From: an uncultured Gemmatimonadales bacterium
Lineage (GTDB): Bacteria; Gemmatimonadota; Gemmatimonadetes; Gemmatimonadales; GWC2-71-9
Length of the DNA: 64,000 nt
NCBI GenBank assembly: GCA_963825065.1
Contig: CAWGRU010000016.1
Location: forward strand, 41,732-105,731
Direction of reading: 5' to 3'
Made by a program: the position numbers and the translations under genes. A model generated the notes under the pieces. That model ran no database searches. It saw only the letters and a list, made by a program, of their open reading frames with translations, and was not told the DNA's origin. Of the stretch, positions 26,372-37,787 are shown in pieces; within the stretch, counting starts at the first letter, position 1; each line of letters opens with the position of its first letter.

Positions 26372-27265
26372 ATGGCAGCGTCGCATGAGAGCCGGGCCAG
26401 AGCGTTTTTCCGGCCCGTCGCCACTGGGTCTTTCGACCAGTACCTGCAGGACATCCAGAAGCTTCCGATGATTACCGATCCGGCCGAGGAGAAGCGGTTG
26501 GCCCGGCTGGCACTGAAGGGCGATGAGAAAGCGGCGGAACGCCTGGTGACGGCGAACCTCCGCTTCGTCATTTCATACGTCAAGAAATACCAGGGGCACG
26601 GGCTCGATCTCTCGGAGCTGGTCGCCATCGGCAACGAGGGGTTGCTCAAGGCGGTCCGCAAGTTCGACCCGGAGCACGGGGTGAAGTTCATCTCCTACGC
26701 CGTCTGGTGGGTGCGGCAGGCGGTGCTCAAGGCACTCGCCGAGCAGACCCGCAGCGTGCGGATCCCACTCAACCAGAATTCCGCGCTCATCAAGATGTCG
26801 CGCGCGGAGACTTTTCTCTCGCAGGAGCTCGGTCGGGAGCCGACCGACGAGGAGATCGCGACCGCGCTCAATGACTCGGTCGACAACATCCGCTCCGCCC
26901 GCCGGATGACCTCCGCCGAGCTGTCGCTGGATGCGCCGGTCGAACGGAGCGACAAGACCAGCGGCACCCTGGGCGAGCGCTTCGCCGGCACGCAGAGCGG
27001 CGAAATCGAGGAACGGACCGATGCGACGCTGATGCGCGAATTCATCGACCGCATCTTCGAGCGCTACCTCACGCCGCGGGAACGGAAGATCCTGTATCTG
27101 TACTACGGCCTCGAGGAGGGCAGCGAAGCCCTTACCCTCGAGAAGATTGGGGAACTGCTCGGCGTGACTCGCGAGCGCATCCGGCAGATTCGCGAGCGCG
27201 CCTTCGAGAAGCTGCGGGAATCCCCCGACGTGAAGGGGCTCAAGGGGTTCTGGGTGGCGGCGTAG
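26372..27265 (+). CDS. RNA polymerase sigma70 factor, RpoD/SigA family, short form lacking region 1.1
   Basis: Region 1.2 (QYLQDI), ANLRFV, GNEGLLKAV.KFD, YAVWWVRQA, region 4 TLEKIGELLGVTRERIRQI. 297 aa. Confidence 0.92.
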   Translation: MAASHESRARAFFRPVATGSFDQYLQDIQKLPMITDPAEEKRLARLALKGDEKAAERLVTANLRFVISYVKKYQGHGLDLSELVAIGNEGLLKAVRKFDPEHGVKFISYAVWWVRQAVLKALAEQTRSVRIPLNQNSALIKMSRAETFLSQELGREPTDEEIATALNDSVDNIRSARRMTSAELSLDAPVERSDKTSGTLGERFAGTQSGEIEERTDATLMREFIDRIFERYLTPRERKILYLYYGLEEGSEALTLEKIGELLGVTRERIRQIRERAFEKLRESPDVKGLKGFWVAA

Positions 27266-27312
27266 CAGCACTCGAACATTCCCCCGTCGCGGTTGGCGAC
27301 TGCTGACCGCAT

Positions 27313-27345
27313 GCGACCCTCCCTGCTACTCGCGGGGAGGGTCGC
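27313..27345 (+). terminator. Stem-loop after the sigma factor gene
   Basis: 11-bp stem GCGACCCTCCC / GGGAGGGTCGC. No strong U-tract. Confidence 0.5.
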
Positions 27346-27396
27346 GTTGCTGCAGAGCGGCTAACGGCCGGCGGCCGACGGCCTTAGTTTCCGTTC

Positions 27397-28053
27397 ATGC
27401 CCTCCCGCTTGCCGCTCTTCCCGCTCAATCTGGTTCTCTTCCCCGGCGAGCCGCTGCCGCTGCACATCTTCGAACCGCGCTACCGGCAGCTGCTTGCCGA
27501 CTGCCTCGCCGGCGACCGGCGCTTCGGCATCACCGCCGAGCCGCATCCCCGTCCCGGCACGCTGGGCTGTGTCGCACGGATCCACGCCACGCAGCCCCTC
27601 GAGGATGGGCGCTCGGCCATCGTGGTGGTCGGGCAGCGGCGCTTCGGTGTGCGGAGCCTGCTCGATGCCGGGACGCCGTACCTGTTGGCGGCGGTCGAAG
27701 AATTCGGCGATGCGCCGGGTACCGCGCCGCTCCCGCAGGAGCGGATGGAGCTCCGCCGCCTCGCCACGGAATTGCGGGATGCGTTGAACGTCGTGGCCGA
27801 TCGGCCGGCGGACCCGCCGCCCTGGTCGGAGGAGGCCGAGCTGTTCTCCTTCGAGGCGGCGGCACTGATCGATGGGGACGTCGAGACCCGCGGCCGCCTG
27901 CTCGCGCTCCGGTCAACCCGCGAGCGCACGACGGCGCTGCTGGCCCTCATGCCCGCGGCCGCGCACCAGGCGCAGGCCAACGCGGAAGTGCACGTGCGTG
28001 CCCGCTCGAACGGAAAGGGGCATCACGGACATGACATCGTGACCGACGGATGA
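27397..28053 (+). CDS. LON peptidase substrate-binding (LON_N/PUA-like) domain protein
   Basis: LPLFPLNLVLFPG..LPLHIFEPRY motif. No AAA or protease domain. Confidence 0.87.
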   Translation: MPSRLPLFPLNLVLFPGEPLPLHIFEPRYRQLLADCLAGDRRFGITAEPHPRPGTLGCVARIHATQPLEDGRSAIVVVGQRRFGVRSLLDAGTPYLLAAVEEFGDAPGTAPLPQERMELRRLATELRDALNVVADRPADPPPWSEEAELFSFEAAALIDGDVETRGRLLALRSTRERTTALLALMPAAAHQAQANAEVHVRARSNGKGHHGHDIVTDG

Positions 28054-29467
28054 GCGCCAGCCTGGTCGAGGCCCTCGGCCGGATCGTCGGGCCCCGCTGG
28101 GTCCGCCATCGTGCCGCCGAGCTGGCGACCTATGCGGCCGATGGCCTGCCTACCCACGAATCCCTGCCGGGCACAGTCGTCCTGCCGGGAGACAGGGAGG
28201 AGGTCGCGGCGGTGCTCCGGCTGCTGCATCTGCTGCAGATGCCGTTCGTCGCGCGGGGGGCGGGGACGGGACTGTCCGGCGGGGCCCTCGCCGAAGAGAC
28301 TGCGGTGCTCGTCACCCTGACACGGATGAACCGCATCCTCGCGATCCACCCGGCGGGGCGGCGGGCCATCGTCGAACCCGGCGTGATCAACGCCAAGCTC
28401 TCCGAGGCGGTCGCGCCGCACGGTCTGCACTACGTCCCCGACCCCTCCAGCCAGAGCGCCTGCACCATCGGCGGCAATGTCGCCGAGAATGCGGGCGGAC
28501 CCCACTGCCTCAAGTACGGCGTCACCACCAATCACGTCACCGCGCTCGAGGTGGTCCTGCCCGACGGGCGGTTCACCCGGCTCGGGTCCCCGCAGGGAGA
28601 GTCCTGGGGTCCCGACCTGGTCGGGCTGTTCGTGGGCAGCGAAGGGATGTTCGGAGTGGCGGTCGAGATCACGGTCCGGCTGGAACCGATTCCCCGGATG
28701 ATCCAGACGATCTTCGCCGACTTCATGGCGCTGCGTTCGGCCAGTGAGGCGGTCTCGGCGATCATCGCGTCGGGAATCGTCCCGGCGGCCCTGGAGATGA
28801 TGGACCAGTCGTGCGTGCGGGCGGTCGAGGCCTCGATCTACGCCACGGGCGCGCGCACCGATTCGGCGGCGGTCCTGCTGGTCGAACTCGACGGGTCCCC
28901 GGAGGCGGTCGCGGCGGACGGCGGCGGTCGTGGAGCGGCTGCTCCGCTCGCACGCCGCGCGCGAGGTGAAGAGCGCGACGAGCACCGCCGACCGCGCCCG
29001 GTTGTGGCAGGGTCGCAAGAAGGCGTTCGGCGCGCTGGGGCGGATCGCGCCGGATCTCGCGGTGCAGGATGCGGTCGTGCCCCGGTCGGTCCTTCCGGCG
29101 ATCCTCGATGCCATCGCCGCGATCCGCGACCGGCTGGGGCTCCAGATCAGCAACGTCTTCCACGCCGGCGATGGGAACCTGCACCCCTGCATCAGCTTCG
29201 ACCGGCGCGATCCCGGACCAGACCGCGCGGGTCCAGCAGGCGAGCCGGGAGATCATGGAAGCGTGCCTCGCCGCGGGCGGCAGCATCACCGGCGAGCATG
29301 GCGTCGGCAGCGACAAGATGGAATACATGCCCAGGGCGTTCGACGCACCCTCGCTCGACGTGATGTGCGAGGTACGCCGGGTCTTCGATCCCGACGCCCG
29401 GGCCAACCCGGGCAAGGTCTTCCCGCTGCACACCTGCCGCGAATGGCGGCATGGAGGGGTCGCATGA
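28050..29467 (+). pseudogene. glcD: Glycolate oxidase FAD subunit GlcD with two +1 frameshifts (~28920, ~29213; possibly assembly errors)
   Basis: RGAGTGLSGG, PDPSS..ACTIGGNVAENAGGPHCLKYG; FHAGDGNLHP in a second frame; ITGEHGVG and NPGK in a third frame. Confidence 0.85.
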
Positions 29468-30671
29468 GCGAGGCCGTCTTCGACCGGTTGCGCGACCTGC
29501 TGGGACCGGAGGGAGTCGAGCGGGATCTGCGGGGGCTGCCCCGGGCGGTTCCGGAGAGCGACGACGCCCTCGCGCTGGTCTGTCAGGCGGCGCAGCAGGA
29601 GGGCTGGCGCTTTCGCCTGGAGGGGGGCGGGAGCTGGCTGGCGCCGGATGCGCCGGCCGATTTCGCGCTGAGCACCCGGGGGATCCATCGCCTGGTGCAG
29701 GTCAGCCCGGACGATCTCGTGGCCACCGTGCAGGCCGGTATGCCGCTCGACGTCCTGCGGGCCGAACTGGGGAAGCACCGCCTCTGGCTGGCCCTCGACC
29801 CGCCGGGGCGTCCGGACCGGACGATCGGCTCGGTGGTCGCCACCGGGACGGCGGGACCACTCCGCCACGGTTACGGCCCGGTGCGCGATCATATTCTCGG
29901 ATGCACCGTGGCGACGGGCGAGGGACGGCTGGTGGATGCAGGCGGACGGGTCGTGAAGAACGTGGCGGGCTACGATCTCACCAAGCTGCACGTCGGGGGG
30001 TTCGGCGGTTTCGGCGTGCTCACCGAGCTGCACCTGCGGTTGCGGGCGCAACCGGAGGCGGATCTCACCCTGGTCACACGCGGCGGGCGACACGCGCTCA
30101 GCGCCGCCGGGCACCGAGCGGTCGAGGCCCAGGCGGGCGTCGTCGGCCTGGAGCTGCTGTCGCCCGCGCTCGCGGCGCTGCCCGAGTGGGCGCTGGCGGC
30201 ACGCATCGTCGGCACCGGGGAGGGAGTCGAGACCGAGGCCGCACGGCTGAATGCCGAGACCGGCGTCGAGTGGGAACGGCTCACAGCGGAGCGCGCCGCG
30301 GGATTCTGGAGCCTGGTCGCCCGTGCCCCGCTGGGGGGCTCGGTCACTCTCCGGCTGGGCGCGCTGCTCGACGGTCTCGACGACATGATCGATCTGGTGA
30401 GCGAGTTCCTCGATGACGGCCTGTTGTCGGCGGGTCTCGGCAGCGGCGGCCTACGCTGGGCCGGCGACGCTCCGGTCGAGGCGCTGCGCACGCTCCGCCG
30501 CCGCGCGGCGGAACGGGAAGTCCCGCTCACCCTGGAGCGGGCGCCCTGGGCGACACGGCGGGCGATCGGACACTTCGGCGCCTATCGCGAGGGGGTGGGC
30601 CTGCTGGTCGATCGGCTGCGGGAGACCTTCGATCCGAAGGGGCTGATCGCGGTGGCGCTGGAGGGGACCGA

Positions 30672-30675
<4 letters not shown>
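29464..30675 (+). CDS. glcE: Glycolate oxidase subunit GlcE (FAD-binding)
   Basis: TVQAG, TIGSVVATG, GGRVVKNVAGYDL motif, FDP at the C-terminus. Lies between glcD and glcF. Confidence 0.85.
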
Positions 30676-31922
<1,247 letters not shown>

Positions 31923-32018
31923 CGTGGATGGCGCTGCCGGCGGCGTGCCTGGGGTGGAGAATGCGGGGCTCTTGCCCGCTTCCGTATTCCCCCGTGGTTC
32001 CTGCTATCTTACTTCCAC

Positions 32019-32678
32019 ATGCCTCGCGCAATCCTGTTCGACTTCAACGGTGTGATCGTCAACGACGAGCCGCAGCACTGCGAAGCACTCATCGCCACCC
32101 TGGCGACCTACGGGTTCCCTCTCGAGCGCGAGGGCTACTACCGGGACTACCTCGGCTTCGACGATCGTGAGTGTTTTCGCTTCACCTTTCAGCGGATGGG
32201 ACGGCCGGCCGACGACGCGCTGATTCACGAGGCGATCGAACGCAAGGCGGTACTGTACGAGCGGGCCATCCGGGCGTCACTCGAGCTGGTACCGGGCTCC
32301 CCCGAGTTCATCCGCGCCGCGGCGGCCGAGGGCTATCGACTGGCGATCGTGTCGGGGGCACTGCGCCGGGAGATCGACCTGGTGCTGGGCGATTCCGGGC
32401 TCCGGCCGTACTTCGAGGTCCTGATCGCCGCCGAGGATGTCTCGGCATGCAAGCCCGACCCGGAAGGGTACCGGAGGGCGTACGAACGGCTGGGGCTGCC
32501 GGCCGCAGCCTGCATGGTCATCGAGGATTCGATTCCCGGGCTCCGCGCGGCCCGCGCCGCCGGGATCCGCTGTACCATGATCACGACCTCGCACCGGCCG
32601 GACGAGTTGACGGACGCCGACACGGTCTGGACCAACCTCAGCGGGCATCACCCCAGCGACCTGCCATGGACGTCATGA
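32019..32678 (+). CDS. HAD family phosphatase
   Basis: DFNGV, IVSG, KPDP, IEDS motifs. Confidence 0.87.
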   Translation: MPRAILFDFNGVIVNDEPQHCEALIATLATYGFPLEREGYYRDYLGFDDRECFRFTFQRMGRPADDALIHEAIERKAVLYERAIRASLELVPGSPEFIRAAAAEGYRLAIVSGALRREIDLVLGDSGLRPYFEVLIAAEDVSACKPDPEGYRRAYERLGLPAAACMVIEDSIPGLRAARAAGIRCTMITTSHRPDELTDADTVWTNLSGHHPSDLPWTS

Positions 32679-33667
32679 TGCTTTCCCCGATCGCGATCGA
32701 CAGCATCCGGCTGAGCCGGCTGCGCCACGGGGCCGTGATGGTGCGGGCCCCCGTGTCGATCATCGAAGTGCAGGGCCCAGGTGCCCTGGCCTGTCTGCAG
32801 GGCGTCCTCACCAACGACCTGGTCAAGCCGGGGGATGGCTCCTTCGTCTACAGCGCGACGCTCACCCCCAAGGGGATGATCATCGCCGACATGTGGGTCG
32901 TGCGGGTGAGTCCCCAACGGTTGCTGCTGCTCGGCGATCCCGCGGCCCATCAGTCCACCCTCGGCGTCCTTCGCCGCTCGATGCCAGCCCGGATGGCGCT
33001 CGTCAACGACCTGAGCGAGGGCCGGGAGGCGCTCTGGCTCTGCGGCGACCTCGCGATCGTCTCCCTCGCGGCCGCCGGGCTCGCGGTGCCCGATGGCGAC
33101 AGCCGCGCCATCATTGCGGGCCAGGGTGCCGAGGAATCGCTGCTTGCGCGCCCCCATGCGGCGGCTCCCTTCCGGGGGGTGCTGGTCGGAGCCTCCGGCC
33201 TCATCGATCGGGCCGAAATGACGCTGGGGAACGCGGGCGCGCTTCCCGGCGACCTCGACGACCTCGAAGCGGCGCGGATCCTTTCCGGCTGGCCACGTCT
33301 CGGCGCCGAGATCCAGGAAAAGACGCTGCCCCAGGAGGTCCGCTACGAGGACATCCAGGGACTCTCCTACACCAAGGGCTGCTACACCGGCCAGGAGATC
33401 GTGGCCCGACTGCACTTCCGCGGGCACACCAACCGCGAGCTGCGCGGCCTGGTCTGGTCCGGCGTGCCGGATCTCGTCGGCGACAGCGTACTGAATACGG
33501 GCGGGGAATCGGTGGGGACCATCGGATCGCTGCTGGTGCTGCCCCGGGTGACCGCGGGACTCGCGGTGCTCCGCCGGGAGATCGAGGTCGGGGATACGGT
33601 GACTGCCGCGGGCCATGAGGCCGTGGTCGTCCCGCTTCCCTTCGAGCCGGCGACCCTCCCGGGCTGA
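32675..33667 (+). CDS. ygfZ: Folate-binding YgfZ/GcvT family protein
   Basis: KGCYTGQE signature, LPQE, GVLTND. The ATGA overlap supports a start at 32675. Confidence 0.85.
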   Translation: MMLSPIAIDSIRLSRLRHGAVMVRAPVSIIEVQGPGALACLQGVLTNDLVKPGDGSFVYSATLTPKGMIIADMWVVRVSPQRLLLLGDPAAHQSTLGVLRRSMPARMALVNDLSEGREALWLCGDLAIVSLAAAGLAVPDGDSRAIIAGQGAEESLLARPHAAAPFRGVLVGASGLIDRAEMTLGNAGALPGDLDDLEAARILSGWPRLGAEIQEKTLPQEVRYEDIQGLSYTKGCYTGQEIVARLHFRGHTNRELRGLVWSGVPDLVGDSVLNTGGESVGTIGSLLVLPRVTAGLAVLRREIEVGDTVTAAGHEAVVVPLPFEPATLPG

Positions 33668-33698
33668 CGGACCCGCCGGGGACGGCAGGCGGGGGCAT

Positions 33699-33729
33699 GA
33701 AAGAGGGCCGCCGATTGGCGGCCCTTTTC
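33699..33729. terminator. Bidirectional terminator between convergent ygfZ and the small lipoprotein gene
   Basis: Stem AGGGCCGCC / GGCGGCCCT with a GATT loop, flanked by GAAAG and TTTCG. Confidence 0.65.
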
Positions 33730-33752
33730 GCACCCGTTCGGCGCACGCCGGA

Positions 33753-33920
33753 CTACATCTTGTGGGTGGTGTCGCGCGCCATCATGGAGTCGGTCATCGA
33801 CTTCATCGAATCGGCGGCGGCCGGAGCGGCCGCGGCGGAATCGGCAGCCGGAGTGGCCTCTTCCTTCTTGCCGCAGGCGGCAACGGCCAGAACCGCAGCC
33901 ACGACCAGATACTTCTTCAT
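33753..33920 (-). CDS. 55-aa small lipoprotein; not in the ORF track
   Basis: MKKYLVVAAVLAVAA-CGKKEEATPAADSAAAAPAAADSMKSMTDSMMARDTTHKM. AGGAG SD, lipobox VAAC, own promoter and terminator. Confidence 0.88.
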   Translation of the reverse strand: MKKYLVVAAVLAVAACGKKEEATPAADSAAAAPAAADSMKSMTDSMMARDTTHKM

Positions 33921-34002
33921 CGGAACTCCTCAGGACGGTGTGGTGGTAGACTCTCGAATCGGACTGGATGGGCCTTCGCCGAGACCCGAAAAAACCGCGC
34001 GC

Positions 34003-34030
34003 AAGTTAGCGGTACAGACCACGTTGTCAA
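34003..34030 (-). promoter_or_regulatory. Sigma70-type promoter of the small lipoprotein gene
   Basis: TTGACA (34030-25), 16-nt spacer, TAACTT (34008-03). Confidence 0.55.
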
Positions 34031-34344
34031 GCAGGAACCTGACTCGGAGCTCCATGGCGTCGGCGGCTGCGACCGCTCCCGGGGCAACTGGAACAACGCG
34101 CCGGCCGGCGCAGCAACGACTCACTCTCGATCACATTGCACCCCGGCTGCTGCTGCGCGGAACCGATGCCGGTGGCCGCCGCACGGTGCCGTGCCTCGGT
34201 GGAACTTGAACGACGGAGTAATGCGCGCGGAGCGGGGAACGGTCGAGGCTCCGCAGTGTAGCAATCTGCTGCCATTCGTGGGGGCGCGCGCGACTATTGT
34301 CGCGACTCCCTTTTCACCATCCAGCTCCCCTTCTATCCTCCAGC

Positions 34345-35814
34345 ATGACCAGCCTTCCGCAGACGTTCGGTGACCTCAAGCGCTCTCCCTGGGCCGAGCC
34401 GCCGCTGCGCGGCCGCTCGGTGCGTGATGAGCTGCGCAGCAACCTGCTCCGTGCGCTCGAGTCCGGCGCCGAGCTCTTTCCGGGCATCGTGGGCTACGAG
34501 GACAGCATCGTCCCGCAGCTTACCAACGCCCTGCTCGCCCGGCACCACTTCATCCTGCTGGGCCTGCGGGGACAGGCCAAGAGCCGCATCCTCCGCCAGC
34601 TCACCCGGTTTCTCGACGAGCGGATCCCCATCGTCGCCGGGAGCGAGGTGAACGACGACCCCTTTGCCCCGGTGTCCAAGTATGCCCGGGAGCGGCTCAC
34701 CGAGCTCGGCGACACGACCCCGATCGCGTGGCTGCCGCGAGAGCAGCGCTACGTCGAGAAGCTGGCGACGCCGGATGTGACCGTGGCGGACCTGATCGGC
34801 GACGTCGATCCGATCCGGGCGGCGCGCGGCGGGCACCTGCTCTCCGACGAACTCACCATGCACTTCGGCCTGCTGCCCCGGGCCAACCGGGGCATCTTCG
34901 CGATCAACGAGCTGCCCGACCTCTCCGGCAAGGTGCAGGTGGGGCTCTTCAACATCATGCAGGAAGGGGACGTCCAGATCAAAGGCTACCCGGTGCGGCT
35001 ACCGCTGGACGTGCTGCTCGCCTTTACCGCGAATCCGGAGGATTACACCGCACGCGGCAAGATCATCACGCCGCTCAAGGACCGGATCGGCTCGGAGATC
35101 AACACCCACTACCCCCGCACCGTCGAGCTGGGGATGGCGATCACCGCGCAGGAGGCGTGGACCGTACGTGGCGGCCTGCCGGTCGAGACGCCGGACTTCA
35201 TGCGGGAACTGATCGAGCGGGTGGCGTTCGAAGCGCGGGAGGACAAGCGGATCGACAAGCGTTCCGGGGTGAGCCAGCGACTTCCGATCAGTCTGCTGGA
35301 ACATGCCGTCTCCAACGCGGAGCGGCGCGCCCTCCGCAATCGCGAGGCGGTGGTCGTCGCCCGGGTCAGCGACATCTACGCGTCGCTCCCCTCCATCACC
35401 GGCAAGCTGGAGCTCGAGTACGAAGGAGAGTTGCAGGGAGGCGAAGCCATCGCGAAGGAGCTCATCCGCCGCGCCGCGGGCAACACCATCGACGAGCGCA
35501 TGGGGGAGGTTGGGCTCGAGACCATCGTCCGCTGGTTCGACGGCGGCGGCGCGCTCAAGATCCAGGGGGACGAGCGCAGCGACCTCTGCCTCAAGGGCTT
35601 CGGCCTGGTCCCCGGCCTGGTCGACGCCGCGGTCACGGGGGGCCTGGCCGAGCGGGGCGATGCGCCGGTGCTGGTGGCCGCGTGCGAACTGATCCTCGAA
35701 GCCCTGGCTGCGGAGAAGCGGATCAGCCGCTCGGAAGAGTCCGGCTATGCGCGCGCGAAGCCGGAGCGGAAGGACCCGATGGGCGGGTATGGGAAGGGGT
35801 TGAATCTCGGCTGA
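34345..35814 (+). CDS. AAA+ ATPase, Mg-chelatase/MoxR-like (Rv0958-like family)
   Basis: Walker A variant GLRGQAKS, RANRGIFAINELPDL, FTANPEDYT.RGKII. Confidence 0.82.
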   Translation: MTSLPQTFGDLKRSPWAEPPLRGRSVRDELRSNLLRALESGAELFPGIVGYEDSIVPQLTNALLARHHFILLGLRGQAKSRILRQLTRFLDERIPIVAGSEVNDDPFAPVSKYARERLTELGDTTPIAWLPREQRYVEKLATPDVTVADLIGDVDPIRAARGGHLLSDELTMHFGLLPRANRGIFAINELPDLSGKVQVGLFNIMQEGDVQIKGYPVRLPLDVLLAFTANPEDYTARGKIITPLKDRIGSEINTHYPRTVELGMAITAQEAWTVRGGLPVETPDFMRELIERVAFEAREDKRIDKRSGVSQRLPISLLEHAVSNAERRALRNREAVVVARVSDIYASLPSITGKLELEYEGELQGGEAIAKELIRRAAGNTIDERMGEVGLETIVRWFDGGGALKIQGDERSDLCLKGFGLVPGLVDAAVTGGLAERGDAPVLVAACELILEALAAEKRISRSEESGYARAKPERKDPMGGYGKGLNLG

Positions 35815-35829
35815 GCCCGGGTGCCCTGG

Positions 35830-36450
35830 TCACCACCCCATGCGCCGGGCCTGGGCGATGATGAGCTCGGTCGCGCCGTCGAGCCCGAGCAGCCCGGTAT
35901 TCAGCACCATGTGAAAGTGGGTCGGGTCGTCCCAGTCGCGGCCGTAGTGCTCGCGATGATAGCGGGCACGCTGGGCATCGGTCTGGTCCATCAACCGCTC
36001 CGCCGCGCGGACCTCGAGATGCTCCGCCTCCTGCGCCAGCCGGATCCGGAAGGCCCGCGGCGCGACCAGCTTCACGTGCAGCGCATGCATCGCGGTTCCG
36101 AGCACCGCGGGCGCGGCCCGTCCGACCAGCACCACCCTCCCCGCCGCCGCCACCTCCTGCACCACCAGCTCCGTCAGCCGCACCAGGTTCGGCTCCGCCG
36201 CACGGACCGCGACGCCCATCTCGGGAACCGCGTATTCCTGCGAGGAGGCGGCGAGCGCACGGGCCAGCCGCTCCACGAAGCCAGGAACCCGCTCGTCCTG
36301 CTCGGCCACGATCTCCGGCGTGAGACCCGCCCGCCGGGCGACCCGGTCGACGATCTCGTTGTCGACCACGCTCCACCCGAGGCGCTCGGCGACCAGCCGG
36401 GCGACTTCGGAGCCGCCGGCGCCGTACTGGCGGGAGATCGTGATGAGCAT
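35830..36450 (-). CDS. Cytidylate kinase-like family protein
   Basis: ITISRQYGAGG P-loop, VVLVGR, D..RARY, FHMVLNT. Confidence 0.85.
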   Translation of the reverse strand: MLITISRQYGAGGSEVARLVAERLGWSVVDNEIVDRVARRAGLTPEIVAEQDERVPGFVERLARALAASSQEYAVPEMGVAVRAAEPNLVRLTELVVQEVAAAGRVVLVGRAAPAVLGTAMHALHVKLVAPRAFRIRLAQEAEHLEVRAAERLMDQTDAQRARYHREHYGRDWDDPTHFHMVLNTGLLGLDGATELIIAQARRMGW

Positions 36451-36499
36451 GGCGACCTGGCGTTGAGGTTCCGGGCGCCGACGGGCGCCTGCGGTGATG

Positions 36500-37735
36500 T
36501 TACGGTGCGAGGACGTCCGCGGGCAAGGCGGCGGCCTCGCGTGGGCCGATGATCAGCACCGCCAGGGCGCACACCACGGCCCCGACGACGAAGCTGGTCT
36601 GCACCCCGAAGTGCTCCGAGACCCATCCGGCCTGCAGCGCCCCGAAGGGTGCGAGGCCGAGCACCACGAACGAGTAGAAGCCCATCACCCGGCCCCGCAG
36701 ATGATCGGGAGCATCGGTCTGTAGCAGGGTATTGGTGCTGATCGCGGCAAGCACTGCGCCGAACCCCGCGACCGCAAGCCCGCCGAGTGCCAGCAGATAG
36801 GAGCCATGGATGACGGAGCCGGCCATGCTGACCGAGAACAGCAGCGCCGCGCCGCGGATCAGCCGGCGCCGATTCACCCGGTGCCCGAAGGAGGCCATGG
36901 CGATGGCGCCGGAGGCCGCGCCGACGCCCACCGAGGCCATCAGGCCGCCATACCCGCCGGCCCCCAGCTCGAGCACCTGGCGCGCATAGACCGGGAGCAT
37001 GGCGAGCGCAGCGCCCAGTCCGAAGATGCTGAGGGTCGCGGCCAGCAGCAGCAGCGCGCGCGGCTCTGTCTCGCCCAACGCGTAGCGCATGCCGTCCCGA
37101 AAGGTGGGCTGCTCGTCGGGCCGCCGCTCGAGGGCGCCCGGGAACGGCGGTCGCATCCGCAGGAAGGCCCCGATGACGGCGAGGAAGCTCACGGTGTTCA
37201 TGGCGAAGCAGGCCGTGGTCCCGAAGCCTGCGATGAGTCCACCCGCGAGAACCGGACCCACAATCCGCGTCAGATTGAAGATGGATGAGTTGAGGGCGAT
37301 CGCATTGACCAGGTCCTCGCGCCCCACCATCTCCATCATGAAAGCCTGGCGGATCGGCACCTCGAAGGCGCTGCAGATCCCCAGCACCGGTGCGAGCAGC
37401 ATCACCCATCCCACGGTGATGTGATGCGTCGCCGTCAGCAGGGTCAGCGCCAGCGACTCGAGCAGCATCCCCGCCTGCAGGAACATGATCGCCCGGCGCT
37501 TGTCCACCCGGTCGGCCAGGACCCCTCCGTAGAGCGTGAACAGCAGGATGGGGAGGGATTCGAGCGCGGTCACCAGGCCGACGAGAAAGGCCGAATTGCT
37601 GAGGTCGAGTACCAGCCAGCCCTGCGCCACCACCTGCATCCAGGTGCCGGCCAGCGAAATGAACTGGCCAATGAAGAACAGCCGGAAGTTCCGGTGGCGG
37701 AGGGCGTGGAAGGGGTTCCGGGCGGCGGATGGCAC
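36500..37735 (-). CDS. MFS transporter
   Basis: ALRHRNFRLFF, GTWMQ, GGVLADRVDKRR motif A, about 12 TM segments. Confidence 0.88.
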   Translation of the reverse strand: MPSAARNPFHALRHRNFRLFFIGQFISLAGTWMQVVAQGWLVLDLSNSAFLVGLVTALESLPILLFTLYGGVLADRVDKRRAIMFLQAGMLLESLALTLLTATHHITVGWVMLLAPVLGICSAFEVPIRQAFMMEMVGREDLVNAIALNSSIFNLTRIVGPVLAGGLIAGFGTTACFAMNTVSFLAVIGAFLRMRPPFPGALERRPDEQPTFRDGMRYALGETEPRALLLLAATLSIFGLGAALAMLPVYARQVLELGAGGYGGLMASVGVGAASGAIAMASFGHRVNRRRLIRGAALLFSVSMAGSVIHGSYLLALGGLAVAGFGAVLAAISTNTLLQTDAPDHLRGRVMGFYSFVVLGLAPFGALQAGWVSEHFGVQTSFVVGAVVCALAVLIIGPREAAALPADVLAP

Positions 37736-37787
37736 TCGGGGAGGGTAACCGGTTGAACCCGGGCAGCAAACCCGGGTATGCTCCTGT

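Noticed and set aside
34054-34209. Possible 51-aa ORF with GGAG upstream in the lipoprotein-AAA spacer
   Set aside because: Codons are not GC3-biased like host genes, there is no motif, and the AAA gene has its own -10/start element. Not supportable.
34345-35814. Magnesium chelatase implying phototrophy
   Set aside because: No bchH/D or other photosynthesis genes are nearby. The family is the generic AAA/vWA chaperone type.
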